From Octopus sinensis (Eukaryota), in NCBI RefSeq assembly GCF_006345805.1, contig NC_043001.1:117366001-117430000 (forward strand): DNA of 64,000 nt, written 5' to 3'. Below, one piece after another: positions 15,028 through 29,353 of the stretch. Positions within the stretch are counted from its first letter, which is position 1, and every line of letters begins with the position of its first letter. The notes under the pieces are model-generated. The model made no database searches, was not told where the DNA came from, and saw nothing but the letters and a program-made list of their open reading frames with translations. The position numbers were made by a program, and so were the translations under genes.

Positions 15028-16066
15028 GCCTTCATCTATGTTTGGTTTGACGTCTGCTCAGTCTTACATATGTCTAAACTGATGCAAATGTGTGTTTGCT
15101 TGCGTTTGGGCAAAAACGGAACTTTTGTGTATGCGTGAGTGCTTGCATGAACGTATGTTCATATTTAGGTTAAGGTTGCAAGTTCATGTATGTTATTTTA
15201 TGTGTCTGCTTAGGTGTTAAGGTATGTACATGTATGTATATGTATATCTTGTATGTGTCTCTTTCCAGTACTTTTATGTATGGGAAATGGCGGAATGAGA
15301 AAGAGAGTTCGCGCGAGAATGTGCGTAGAAAGGCAATATCTATGAGGTTTTTATGATTCTACAAAGTGTGAGTGATGTGGATAGCTGGGTGGACTTAGTT
15401 TGGGTAACGTGTAAATGAAAATGCTAGTCCAGTGCAAGACGGCAGGTGTGGGGAATACATGGACAAGGTTAGAATTCCAAAAAGGTGCAGTTTTTAAGCA
15501 CAAGAATTCGGTAAAGTACTAGGATAAAGTGAGGTCTGTTAGATAAGTTATATGGCAGGTAAGCAGAGAGGGAGAGAGAGGGGAAGAGAGAAGAAGAGAG
15601 AGAGAAAGAGTTTCGTAGAAAGAGATGTATAAAGATGACAAGTTGAGAAGAATCACTGTTGTAATAATGATGAAAGAGGCTGAGAGAAGGCTAACATTTA
15701 TGGGTAAAATCCATCTGTCAATTTGTGCATGAAGTGTGCACTACTTTATTTTGGATTCGGTCTGTAAATGAATGGAATTGACAGTTGATTCCCTGATGTG
15801 TAAGCAATAATCAACCATGAGGCATATATCTGTCTTCTGGAATATCTACGGATGTTCATAGTTCAATATTTTTCATGGAAGACCGAAAGAGGTAAGGTTA
15901 TCTTTCGAACACAGATTCGTCTGCATTGAGCAAGTGATTTTCATGACAGATCGTCAGAAATATTTCAAGCAAGACTACTTAGAGATGGAGATGATTTGAG
16001 TAATATATTGTTGATGAGGAAAGCAGCAGTTGAAGGAATTTCGTTCCTTTGATTTGTGTGTTATCT
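15028..16066. repeat. Left arm of ~1.04-kb inverted repeat (right arm 19986-21033)
   Basis: Reverse-complement match by eye along the whole length with few differences. A second short matched block lies at ~14672-14760 / 21059-21146. Confidence 0.9.
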
Positions 16067-16539
16067 GATTAATAACACTGGTGCTGAATCAAATGGAGTT
16101 GTTGCAGTCCTTTGTACAATGGTTTTAAAGGTCTTCATTATCAGCTGGGCAGGTGGAGTTCGTTAACCGGTGGGCGAAGAGCCCATCTAGGAGAGGAAAA
16201 CCTTGATTCCAAAACTCCGTTGCCTTGCGACCATACCCATCCATGGTAATAGCTTTGACATAAACACCGAGGAAAAACCTGGAGTCGGACCCGTGTGGCA
16301 ACTTCTACTATGACGCTGGTGCCAAATTGTAACGGCCGTACTACTCCTTTCGATCCATCAATGATGTGGAGCGTGGGGACACACTGCATGGGCAACAATC
16401 TGTCCATATTGCCCAGGCTTGGATCTTATGAAAGACACTATACTCGAAAGATAGAACCGGAAAACAATAACTCAACCAGCAGCAGGCTTGCGTGACAGGG
16501 ATTAGCATTTACGCATTGGGCTGTTCAACCACAGACAGC

Positions 16540-17310
16540 AGTGCTCAAGTGGGGCAGTCCGAACACAGACAGATGTTGTAGAGAATGACCAGTAGAGCGT
16601 AAATGGTGCAAGACCGGGGTGTCATTGCCGAGTCTGATGTCTCAGAGGTGCTCCGAGAACAGAGGTGCTCCGAAGCAGTGTTGCAGCGTCCCGTTTGACT
16701 AACGTACAGAGAGAGAGAGAGAGCAGAAGATATAGTAAATAACGTTACTGGGGGTGCAAGTAAAGGAATCGGTGAGGTGATATGGACGGTAGTGGGTACT
16801 AGTTAGGGTAGTGGTGTTGGAGAGGTAGGCAGGTGCGACAGAGTCGGCGAGAGCAGGAGAGGCAGGGGTGGGCTCATTTGAAGGAGAAAAGGGGTGGGTT
16901 AAGGAAGATGTGCGAGGTAGAGGGGTCGGACTGGGATCGCCAGAAGGCTCGGAGAATGGTGTGTTGGAGGGGAGGGTGGAGGGGTGGTAGATGAGGGGAA
17001 ACGGAAGACGGATAATGGTGGAGAAAGATCGTGTCCGGGCAAGGGCAGTGTGGATAATGGTGAGGGCATATCCACGCAGGGATGAAATGGCGATCCATGA
17101 GTTGAAACTGGGTCTCAAAGCCATGGTTGGGAGTAACGGATGGTGAACTTGATGTGGGTAAAGTAGGAGGAGGAGAAGTGGAGGTAGAAGTATTAGTCTG
17201 TGTGTCTATAGTGGACGGTAGTGGTGAGAGCGGAGTTAGAGACAGTGCAGGGGAATTCAAGGGCAGGATGGAAGGATTGGACAAAGAAGAGGAAGGAGTC
17301 AAGATGTTCA
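16540..17310 (-). mobile_element. Penelope-like element fragment (RT thumb to GIY-YIG endonuclease)
   Basis: ILRAFWRSQSDPSTSHIFLNPPLFSFK; DSFTCTPSNVIYYIFCS; LYVSQTGR..EHL..DIRLGNDTPV..HSLQHLSVFGL. Confidence 0.8.
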
Positions 17311-17852
17311 TATACATACATACATACGTATACCTCTCTCTCTCTCTCTCTAGTTCCTCCCTTCATTCTTCAATCCCTCTGCTCCCTACCTCTCTCTGTT
17401 CCTCCCACGTGATCGGTGCTCGGCCAAGTATGATCTTTCATTCTTGGCCTGATCGCCGCTCGCACAACACATTTTCCTGTCTCCCGACTTTCATCCAGGT
17501 TTGTTGCCGCAAGGCTTCTAATTCAAATGCCAGTTTAACATAACTTGTTTTAGTCGAAAGGCGCCTGTTGTTATTCTTGTTGTTTGTATTTGTAATCGTG
17601 AAACATTTTCTCCGTTTACTCATTTTTTGTACGTGTTGTTGCACATATTCGCTCACTTTCTTCCAAAAATTTAATGCCCTTAGCTTAGATTTTTGGCGCC
17701 TACCAATTTTGAACAATCTCAACTGTAACAGGCCGAAATTGTAATGATGATTGGAAGCTTGACCGAAGAGTAGAAAGCCAGGAATTTCCGTCCTGGTTTT
17801 CCTGTCCTTCTGTCCGTATGTTTTCATTGTCGTCCGTTACGTTCTTGTCCCG

Positions 17853-17919
<67 letters not shown>

Positions 17920-17981
17920 CTAATATATATATATATATATATTCTATAAATATATATATATAATATTTATATATATATAGA

Positions 17982-18044
<63 letters not shown>

Positions 18045-18115
18045 AATATTATATATATATTATAAATATATTATATATATATATATAATAATATAATAAT
18101 ATAATATATATATAT

Positions 18116-18203
<88 letters not shown>

Positions 18204-19086
18204 TAATAACAGTTGAACTACACGACTTAAAGTTTCCTGTGTGTGTAGAACGCGTTCATCTCATTAAATCTTTTCGAAACAAATTCAAGATGACTTCAAG
18301 ATGGCTTCCAGATGTTGGGCTTCTTTAATCTGTCTCAAATCTCTCATTCTTCTGATATCTGCTGTGATGGACGCGTCGTCTGCGCCTTCGAAACTCTGAA
18401 TCTTATGGAGCTGACTCTCGTTAAAAATGTAAAACCTTCTTCTTATTAAAAATGTAAAACCTACCAAGCATGTTGAATACTACATTCTTCCGTTTGTTCT
18501 CTTATTCGTAACTGTGTGGTAAGAAACTTTCTTCCCAACCCAATGGTTCATGGTTCAGTCCCATTGCGTGGCACCTTGAGCAAGTGTCTTCTACTATAGC
18601 TCAGGTCAGCCAAAGCATTGTGAGGGGATTTGGTCGACGGATTTTGTGTCCCTGCTTGACCCCCACCACTGCTTGGAGATCGGTTTTGGTATGCTTACAT
18701 CCCCGTAACTTAGCGGTTCAACAAAAGAAGCCGATAGAATTAGTACTACGCTTAAAAAGAAAAGTCGTGGGATCAATTTGTTCAACTAAATTCCTTCAAG
18801 GCGGTGCTCTAGGATGGCCGCAGTCAAATTACTGAAACAAACAAACGAATAAAAAAATATATAACGCAGGCGTGGCTGTGAGGTAAGAAGTTTGCTTCCC
18901 AACCACATGGTACTGGGTTCAGTCCCACTGCGTAGCACCTTCGGAAAGTGTCTTCTACTATAGCCTTGGGATGACCAAAGTCTTGTAAGTGGATGTGGTA
19001 GACGGAAACTAAAAAGACCTTTAAGGCGATGCTCCAGCATTGCCGCAGTCAAACTATTGTAACGTGTAAAAGAATAAAAGAATATA

Positions 19087-19187
<101 letters not shown>

Positions 19188-19271
19188 TATGAGGGAATAT
19201 TATTCCAAACTTACAAGGAAAAATTCCATTTAGAAATACTAAATCAAATTTCACAAAATATAATATATATA

Positions 19272-19591
19272 TATAAATTAGAAAAAAACCCCACCTTTTA
19301 TCAATTCAATACTGAAAAATTAAATTATATAATTTAGAAAGATTGCATATTATGGAAAAATTAAATATAAGATAAAACATTTAACAATGATTAAGTAACG
19401 TGCAAAATAATAAATAAAACGTATATATTTGGTAACAAATATATATGTTTTATTATTTTGCACATTACTTAATCATTGTTAAATGTTTTATCTTATATTT
19501 AATCCTTCCATAATATGCAATCTTTCTAAATTATATAATTTAATTTTTCATTATTGAATTGCTAAAAGGTGGGGTTTTTTTCTAATTTATA
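19272..19591. repeat. ~320-bp AT-rich near-perfect palindrome (6-nt loop GGTAAC at 19431-19436)
   Basis: Arms 19272-19430 and 19437-19591 are reverse complements with a few mismatches. Confidence 0.9.
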
Positions 19592-21140
19592 TACATACAT
19601 ACTTACATACATACATACATACATGCATGCATTTATACATACATACATACATACATACATACATACATACAATACATACATACATACATACATATACACA
19701 CATACATACACACACACATATACACATAAATAAGGGTGCAAAATAGTACCTACAGTTGCTAGAAATAAGAGCTAAAATATATAACACGGATACCAACACA
19801 AAATCACCAACCTCATGAGATGTTCAAAGGGACTGAATGAAGTAATTTGATTAGACCCTATCATATTATTTCGAAATTTAACCAGGGAAATCCACAAATT
19901 ACTGCGGGTTAAAGAGAAAGCTTGCTCTTCCGTAGCTCATGAGAGAAAATAACCGTTGAATAGCGAGCGCAAAAATTCTCGCTGGAGATAACACACAAAT
20001 CAAAGGAACGAAATTCCTTCAACTGCTGCTTTCCTCATCAACAATATATAACTCAAATCATCTCCATTTCTAAGTAGTCTTGCTTGAAATATTTCTGACA
20101 ATCTGTCATGAAAATCACTTGCTCAATGCAGACGAATCTGTGTTCGAAAGATAACCTTACCTCTTTCGGTCTTCCATGAAAAATATTGAACTATGAACAT
20201 CCGTAGATATTCCAGAAGACAGATATATGCCTCATGGTTGATTATTGCTTACACATCAGGGAATCAACTGTCAATTCCATTCATTTACAGACCGAATCCA
20301 AAATAAAGTAGTGCACACTTCATGCACAAATTGACAGATGGATTTTACCCATAAATGTTAGCCTTCTCTCAGCCTCTTTCATCATTATTACAACAGTGAT
20401 TCTTCTCAACTTGTCATCTTTATACATCTCTTTCTACGAAACTCTTTCTCTCTCTCTTCTTCTCTCTTCCCCTCTCTCTCTCCCTCTCTTGCTTACCTGC
20501 CATATAACTTATCTAACAGACCTCACTTTATTCCTAGTACTTTACCGAATTCTTGTGCTTAAAAACTGCACCTTTTTGGAATTCTAACCTTGTCCATGTA
20601 TTTCCCCACACCCTGCCGTCTTGCACTGGACTATAGCATTTTCATTTACACGTTACCCAAACTAAGTCCACCCAGCTATCCACATCACTCACACTTTGTA
20701 GAATCATAAAAACCTCATAGATATTGCCTTTCTACGCACACTCTCGCGCCGACTCTCTTTCTCATTCCGCCATTCCCCATACATAAAAGTACTGGAAAGA
20801 GACACATACAAGATATACATATACATACATGTACATACCTCAACACCTAAGCAGACACATAAAATAACATACACGAACTTGCAACATTAACCTAAAATAT
20901 GAACATACGTTCATGCAAGCACTCACGCATACACAAAATTTCCGTTTTTGCCCAAACGCAAGCAAACACACATTTGCATCAGTTTAGACATATGTAAGAC
21001 TGAGCAGACGTCAAACCAGACATAGATGAAGGCATATATATATATATATATATATATAAATGAATACTCATTTTTATAAGACTATGTGCAAAAATATGTA
21101 ATCACACACACTCACATCCATGTAATCTCACACATTCACA

Positions 21141-21184
<44 letters not shown>

Positions 21185-21270
21185 CATACCGATTCGCTGT
21201 TCATCAATATACATACATACATACATACATACATACATACATACATACATACATACATACATACATACAT

Positions 21271-21568
21271 AAGGCAACGTGACATCAAAAAGTTCCGAGA
21301 CTATTTCTGTAGCGCGCCGACAGACGACAGCACACGGTTGCGTGCGCAATGAGAGCTAGCAGAGAACTTCATGAGGCAGTGTGCAGAGTGACATTGCAGT
21401 GTTCACTTAGCAAGTTGTGAAATTTATGTTTTCGTGATCACGTGTAGTCTGCGATTTTGTCATGGACATGAAGTTGGAACAAAGAGCCAATGTGAAATTT
21501 TGCGTTAAACTTTGGAGGTCTGCTACAGACAGAGACATTGTGCATGCTTCGGCAAACTTATGGCAATG
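21271..21568 (+). mobile_element. Mariner 5' fragment related to the 664-2648 element
   Basis: TIR-like tcaaaaagttccgagact; LEQRANVKFCVKL. Confidence 0.7.
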
Positions 21569-21569
21569 G

Positions 21570-22860
21570 GAAAGATTAAAAAAGAGCAAATGTGGAAAAG
21601 GAGACTAAAAAAATAAAAGACAAGATCTGAGTAGAATAGAAGCCTGGAAAGTGAACATGTTAAGAAACACAAGATGCAAATTTTCCCTCGAGGAAAGATA
21701 CTTAGTCAAAGAGAAAGGGCTTGAGACAGTAATAGAAAAGTTGAAACAGCGTATCATAGCAGTAGCAGGAAAGCTTTCCAGATATCAGAAAAGAATAGAT
21801 CAGTATCAGCAGAATAAATTGTTTGAGACAGACCAGAGGAGATTTTACAACCAAATAAATAGTGGAGAACGAAGTACTGAAGATGAGAAACCTAATGCAG
21901 AAGAAGCTAGAAAGTTCTGGAGTAATATTTGGGATAAGCTAGTCAATCATAATGGAGATGCAGTATAGTTAAAGTGAGGGAAGAAGTAGTGAGTGAGAAG
22001 CAGCCAGAAGTAGTGAGTGAGAAGACTAACTAATGCATTAATGAGTAAAGTGTTAAGAAAAATGCCAAATTGGAAGGGCCCAGGACCAGATTTAACTGAA
22101 GAATACTGGCTAAAGAAATTTGGTAGTTTAAATGGGAGTCTGAAGGAACAATTTCAAGTCTGCCTTAATGGATGACTGGAGGGAGGACAATACTGATCCT
22201 GAAAGATACAAGTAAGTGTAATACAGTTAGCAACGAAAGACCAATCACTTGCTTACCATTAAGTGTGGAAGCTGTTAACAGGAATGCTTTCAGAAAGCAT
22301 TTACGAGCACGTTGACAACCAGAATTTACTGCCAGAAAAACAGAAAGGTCGCAGGAAGAAGGCGAGAGGAATGCAAGATCTATTATGCATAGACAAAACA
22401 GTTCTAAATGAAGTAAAGGCTAGAAATAAAAATCTAACAATAGCATGGATAGAATATAGGAAAGCCTATGACATGACCCCACACTCATGGATAAGTGAAT
22501 GTTTGAGTATATTCAGTATAGTAGACAATATAAGAGAATTAATTAACTGTAGCATGGGGAAATGGAAAGTAGATCTCTACTCAGGTGACACACTGTTACG
22601 GAAAGTTAATATTAAAAGAAAAATTTTCCAGGGGTCTCTTTGTCCTCTTTATTATTTGTCTTATGTTTGATCCCCGTCAGTTTAGTATTCAGGAAGGCAA
22701 ATGTAGGATATCAGTCCAGAAATAGTAAGGGAAAAATTAACCATTTGCTCTACATGGATAACCTGAAGCTTTTTAGTAAGAATGAAAAAGAGATAGATTC
22801 CTTAATACAGACTGTCAGGCCCTTCAGCAAGGATGAAGGCATGGAATTTGGCACAGGTAA
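21570..22860 (+). mobile_element. R4/Dong-like non-LTR retrotransposon RT fragment
   Basis: YQQNKLFETDQRRFY; [23 protein letters not shown]; AWIEYRKAYDMTPHSW; INHLLYMDNLKLF (YMDD mutated). Confidence 0.85.
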
Positions 22861-23356
22861 GGCCATTGATGAAATAAGTACAGGTGGAACACTGGGGTTG
22901 ATGTAATCAACTAATCCCCTCCTCCAAATTTAAGGCCTTATGCTTATAGTAGAAAGAATTATAATTATGAAGTCTGGTGAGCTGGCAGAATCATTAGTAA
23001 GCCACGCAAAATGTTCAGTGGCATTTTGTCTGTCCTTACGTTCTGAGTTCAAATTCTGCTGAGGTCGATTTTTTCCTTTCATTTCTTCAGGGTTATTAGA
23101 ATAAGTACCAGTTGAACACTAGGGTCAATGTAATTGACTTAATGCCTCCCCTAAAACTAACAATAGCATGGATAGAATATAGGAAAGCCTATGACATGAC
23201 CCCACACTCATGGATAAGTTAGGATGAAAGGCAAAGTTGACCTTGGCAGAATTTGAACTCAGAACATTAAGATGGATGAAATGCTGCTAAGTATTTTGTC
23301 CAATGTGCCAACGATTCTGCCAGCTCACCACCTTAAACATAATAATAATAATAATA

Positions 23357-23409
<53 letters not shown>

Positions 23410-23430
23410 TAATAATAATAATAATAATAA

Positions 23431-24010
23431 TAAATGCCCTGATGCAGTACTAGGTACTGGCTCTCATGGCTTCTGATCTTAGGCTGGAAGTGTTATCATG
23501 TAAAATGTTTTGTCTTGATATAAAAGATGGACTACAACAAATATTCTGCCCAATATCACAGATTGTTTGTCAGTTGTTTGACCGTAACCAGTTGAGCATG
23601 TCTGTAGGTGGCTGATGATATGTGCATCTCTGATCATGAGCAGAAGTAGTGAGAAGCACCATAGACATGTTGAGAGGAATTCTTTGGGATTTGAATAATC
23701 ACCTATGGAAGCATGAGTATTTTGTTCAATATCTTTAAACAACCCTTATTCAGGGACCTTTTGAGTGGGCTGGGCTACTTGACTTGAAGAAAATTCTAAC
23801 TGCAAGGTCATACTCTGTTTATCTTGATATGAGATCACCATGTCATGCACATATAGTTGTGATGCATGTGCCTGTTGTACCCTTTTCAGATGGGTATACA
23901 GGGCTTTGTATATTTTACTCCAGTGTCACTCTGATGGCATGCACTGTTCTTTCATTCAATAATAAAATAATAATAATATAATAATAAAATAATAATAATA
24001 ATAATAATAA

Positions 24011-24041
<31 letters not shown>

Positions 24042-24658
24042 AAGAAGAAGACTAAAACAATACCTGTTGTCAAGGTGCCCTTGGAATGATAGCAAAAGGG
24101 GCTGATGATACCTAGCTCAGATACCAGGAAACCTAAAAATGGCAGAAATTCAAAAGATAGTGCTCATGGGAACTGCTCATATCCTACGCAAAATACTTTC
24201 TATGTAATCTCAAGTTTTAAAACAAACATAATTTTCTTATGGTTTCTTAAACATGCACAACATGTACAACACTAAGTACAAAACCAAATATATGGCCCCT
24301 AGGCATAACACCAACATGAACTTCCAACTTGTTGTCTCTTGAGGTCTCCGGGTGAGACTTGGAGCCAACTTGTGCAAATGTAAGTCAAAAGTCAAACATA
24401 GAATAATAATAATAATAATAATGATTAAACACCAAAAATCATCCCTGTTGTTGTAGGCACTGTAGGAATGATCAAGAAAGGTACTAGATCTCTAGGAAAC
24501 CAACAATCTATGAAACTCAAAAAAAATTTCGTTGACATCAACTGCCCTTCTTGGGAAGTTTCTCTCCATCTAATATATATGTGTGCCTTAGGGCCCCTGG
24601 TTGAGACCCAATCACATGATGAAATAATATGCAATTCAGTTGGAAAATAATAATAATA

Positions 24659-24731
<73 letters not shown>

Positions 24732-25255
24732 GCCCTGATGCAGTACTAGGTACTGGCTCTCATGGCTTCTGATCTTAGGCTGGAAGTGTTATCATGTAAA
24801 ATGTTTTGTCTTGATATAAAAGATGGACTACAACAAATATTCTGCCCAATATCACAGATTTGTTTGTCAGTTGTTTGACCGTAACCAGTTGAGCATGTCT
24901 GTAGGTGGCTGATGATATGTGCATCTCTGATCATGAGCAGAAGTAGTGAGAAGCACCATAGACATGTTGAGAGGAATTCTTTGGGATTTGAATAATTCAC
25001 CTATGGAAGCATGAGTATTTTGTTCAATATCTTTAAACAACCCTTATTCAGGGACCTTTTGAGTGGGCTGGGCTACTTGACTTGAAGAAAATTCTAACTG
25101 CAAGGTCATACTCTGTTTATCTTGATATGAGATCACCATGTCATGCACATATAGTTGTGATGCATGTGCCTGTTGTACCCTTTTCAGATGGGTATACAGG
25201 GCTTTGTATATTTTACTCCAGTGTCACTCTGATGGCATGCACTGTTCTTTCATTC

Positions 25256-25305
<50 letters not shown>

Positions 25306-25941
25306 GAAGAAGAAGAAGAAGAAGAGAAGAAGAAGAAGAAGAAGACTAAAACAATACCTGTTGTCATAGGTGCCCTTGGAATGATAGCAAAAGGGGCTGA
25401 TTGATACCTAGCTCAGATACCAGGAAACCTAAAAATGGCAGAAATTCAAAAGATAGTGCTCATGGGAACTGCTCATATCCTACGCAAAATACTTTCTATG
25501 TAATCTCAAGTTTTAAAACAAACATAATTTTCTTATGGTTTCTTAAACATGCACAACATGTACAACACTAAGTACAAAACCAAATATATGGCACCCTAGG
25601 CATAACACCAACATGAACTTCCAACTTGTTGTCTCTTGAGGTCTCCGGGTGAGACTTGGAGCCAACTTGTGCAAATGTAAGTCAAAAGTCAAACATAGAA
25701 TAATAATAATAATAATAATGATTAAACACCAAAAATCATCCCTGTTGTTGTAGGCACTGTAGGAATGATCAAGAAAGGTACTAGATCTCTAGGAAACCAA
25801 CAATCTATGAAACTCAAAAAAAATTCGTTGACATCAACTGCCCTTCTTGGGAAGTTTCTCTCCATCTAATATATATGTGTGCCTTAGGGCCCCTGGTTGA
25901 GACCCAATCACATGATGAAATAATATGCAATTCAGTTGGAA

Positions 25942-25942
<1 letters not shown>
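23431..25942 (+). repeat. Tandem duplication (period 1296 bp) of stacked retroelement ends separated by (AAT)n
   Basis: 23431-24646 recurs at 24727-25942, differing mainly by 1-nt indels. Contains R4/Dong-like C-termini (VIGALGMIAKG..IQKIVLMGTAHILRKILSM*). Confidence 0.85.
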
Positions 25943-25986
<44 letters not shown>

Positions 25987-26946
25987 TAATAATAATAATA
26001 ATAATAGTAGTAGTAGTAATAATAACTAGCAGGACTGGTGAATATTTCACAGAATTAATGGTAAACATATTGGTTTATTTCTGGAAACTTTATCCCAAAA
26101 ACCTGAAAGTGTAGCCAGTGTTGTGTCTGTATGGAAAAATAGTCGCTCATCTGCTAATCATTGAAAAGTGAAGGAAATTGGAATACGATGATTACTTAAT
26201 GCACTTTGTGTATATACTTTATATACTTTGTATATATACTTTATATACTTTGTATATATACTTTATATACTTTATGCACAATTTTATAGACTTAATACAC
26301 AGCACTCATAAAATTAATATTCATTCTTATTTTTCCATTTTTCCCATAAAAAAAATATTCCCTACATATGATACAACTGTTGGTTAAATTACATATATCT
26401 GCCATGTAAATAAGTGTGAATATTTCAGAGAGTTGCACTTCTGTGCATGCGTTAAGTGATAGGTGATATAAAAAAACATAGTTCAATTAAAAAAAAATAC
26501 ACCTTCACTATCCACTCACCATCACCTCCATCTCCCCTACCACCACCACCTCCATCATCACCTCTCTCTCTGTTTTTCTTTAACCTCACCCCTTGCTAAA
26601 ATTATTACGTTCCCCCTACTTCATGTCATGGATGCTTCTCTCTCTGTCTTTCTCTCTCTCTCTCATTTTCTTTCTCCCTCTTTCTGTCTCACTCTTCCCC
26701 TTACCTTCTTTTTCTCCCTCCTCTCTTTCCCTTCAACTAATCACGTGAAAGCGTTGCAATTACATTCCTCCTACCTTACGTCATGAACACTTCTCTCTCC
26801 CTCTTCTCCTCTCTCCCTCTTTTTCTCTCTCCTTCTTTTCTTTCTCCCTCTTTTTCTCTAATCATGTGAAAGTATTACCAACAGGCTAAGCAACGCAATG
26901 ACAAGCAGAATTATAATTATAATTTTAATGATAATGATAATAATAA

Positions 26947-27301
26947 TAACAAGAGCACTCATAGAGCACATACATCTGCCAAGGCAACACCCACGTCCTC
27001 TCAACGATTAGCTGGATATGATTTTGAAAATGAGAATATCTGAAATAAATTCAACTGCTCTCACAAACAAGAATTCTAAATATGAACCCAACCGCTCTCA
27101 AAATTTAAGTAAAAAAAAATTCCAGAATCCTTGTCCAGAATTCAATCAATCCCAAAATCTAATCAGTTCATGCCAGTCATGAGGCCAAAAATCTCTGAAA
27201 GTTTCATCTGAATCCATCCAATGGTTCTTGAGATATCTTGTCCACAGACAAACAAATGCAACTGAAAACAATACCTCCACCTTTGCTAAGGCACAAGTAA
27301 T
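26947..27301 (-). mobile_element. Helentron-associated (DINE-1/HINE-like) non-autonomous element
   Basis: Degenerate subterminal CCTCCGCC/GGCGGAGG-like inverted repeats, tttgtttgtctgt microsatellite and a 3' gctct..gagtgc stem-loop. Confidence 0.5.
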
Positions 27302-27377
27302 GATAATAAAACTTTTAGTCATTATATACTCTTAGTTTATTTAATAATACTCTTAGTTCATTTTAATGGATATACTC

Positions 27378-27600
27378 TTTTACTCTTCTACTTGTTTCAG
27401 TCATTTGATTGCAGCCATGCTGGAGCACCGATTTATAGTCGAGCAAATTGAACCTAGAGCTTATTCTTTGTAAGACTAGTACTTATTCTATCGGTCTCTT
27501 TTGCCGAACTGCTAAGTGACGGGGACTTAAACAAACCACCATCGGTTGTCAAGCGATGCTGGGAGGAGGGGGGGACAAACAGAAACACACACATATACAA

Positions 27601-27634
<34 letters not shown>

Positions 27635-27800
27635 GATGGGCTTCTTCCAGTTTTCGTCTACCAAATGCACTCACAACGTTTTGGTCAGCCCGAGGCTATA
27701 TAGTAGAAGACACTTGCCCAAGGTGCCATGCAGTGGGACTGAACCCGGGACCATGTGGCTGGTAAGCAAGCTCCTAACCACACAGCCACTCCTGCGCCTA
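27378..27800 (-). mobile_element. tRNA-derived SINE family B (other copies about 18505-19080, 28828-29245, 39015-39425, 41178-42885 split, 47590-48365, 56670-57035)
   Basis: Head ggcgcaggagtggctgtgtggtaag..gggttcagtcccactg, internal (TA)n/(TG)n, tail cagtcaaatgactgaaacaagtaaaagagta. Confidence 0.85.
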
Positions 27801-27882
27801 TGATTTGCATTTCTTTATTTCAATAACTGGAACAACAAATATTTGTAGAGTTTGGGGGAAAAGAGTGTCTCTAGCTATTATA

Positions 27883-28440
27883 GTGGGTTGTCCGGAAAGT
27901 TCATGCCGATTTATAGTAGCTTACGTTTCGACTTATTTTAGAACATGATTGTGTCCATAAAATAGGATTTGACTACCCCTCCATTTAGAGCACAGTTTAA
28001 GCTATCTTTTCGTGGAAGAAGATTTATGTCCCTATAACCTGTGTTAATTCTGTAACCCTTTAAAATGGAAGATAAAGTTCGTTTTTGGCACTTGATGCTT
28101 TGGGAACCAGACAAAAATTGCTGCAGCTCAGCTGGGATGTGTTACCCCACCCTCCATATTCACCAGATATTGCTCCTTCGGATTTCCATTTATTCAGGTC
28201 TCTGCAGAATAGTCTTAATGGTAAAAATTTCAATTCCTTGGATGACGTAAAAGATACCTTGATGATTCTTTGCCATGAAAACACCTCAAATCTGGGAAGA
28301 GGTATTTTCAAGTTAAGGAAAGATGGAGATGCATTGTGCTACAAAATGGTTCATATTGGTTGATTCAAAATGTAATGGGAAGTATTTATTGACCTTTTTC
28401 TTTCCTTTAAAAATCGGCAAGAACTTTCCAGACAACCCAA
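27883..28440 (+). mobile_element. Internally deleted mariner with both TIRs
   Basis: TA-gtgggttgtccggaaagttcatgccgattt ... aaatcggcaagaactttccagacaacccaa-TA; LPHPPYSPDIAPSDFHLFRSLQNSL. Confidence 0.9.
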
Positions 28441-29353
28441 TACAACCGACACTAAGGCAGCGAGCTGGCAGAATCATTAGCATGCCAGATAAAATGCCTA
28501 GTGGCTTTCTTTATAGCTTTATATTCTGAGTTTAAATCCCATCAAGGTCATATTTGCCTTTCATTCTTTTGAGGTCAACAAATTAAGTAGCAGCCTAGCA
28601 CACCCTCTTCCCACTGAAATTTCAGGCTTTGTGCCTATAGCAGAAAGAAATATATTACTGATACTTTATTACTATTTATTGGGGTGGTAGTGGTAACAGT
28701 CTAACTCTTAGTACTTAAAATATAATATCCACAACTGGCCCAAATATTCAACCAGTTTTATGTTTAAACTGGGCAGATCTGGCCTAGCACAACTACACAA
28801 TAATATTGTTCTAAAAATAAGCAAACGTAGGCGCAGGAGTGGCTGTGTGGTAAGTAGCTTGCTAACCAACCACATGGTTCCGGGTTCAGTCCTGCTGCAT
28901 GGCATCTTGGGCAAGTGTCTTCTGCTATAGCCCCGGGCCGACCAATGCCTTGTGAGAAGATTTGATAGACAGAAACTGAAAGAAGCCCATCGTATATATG
29001 TATATATATATATATATGCGTGTATGTGTGTTTGTGTGTCTGTGTTTGTCCCCCCTAACTTTGCTTGACAACCGATGCTGATGTGTTTACGTCCCCGTCA
29101 CTTAGCGGTTCGGCAAAAGAGACCGATAGAATAAGTACTGGGCTTCCAAAGAATAAGTCCCGGGGTTGATTTGCTCGACTAAAGGCAGTGCTCCAGCATG
29201 GCTGCAGTCAAATGACTGAAACAAGTAAAAGAGTAAAAGAGTAATCATATTATGAAATCTTGAAACTACAAGATTATGGATGATTAATTTCAAAACAAAT
29301 GTGAATAAATAAGTATTACTTATGATAGAGTAATCTGAATGCTAAATGGTTAA

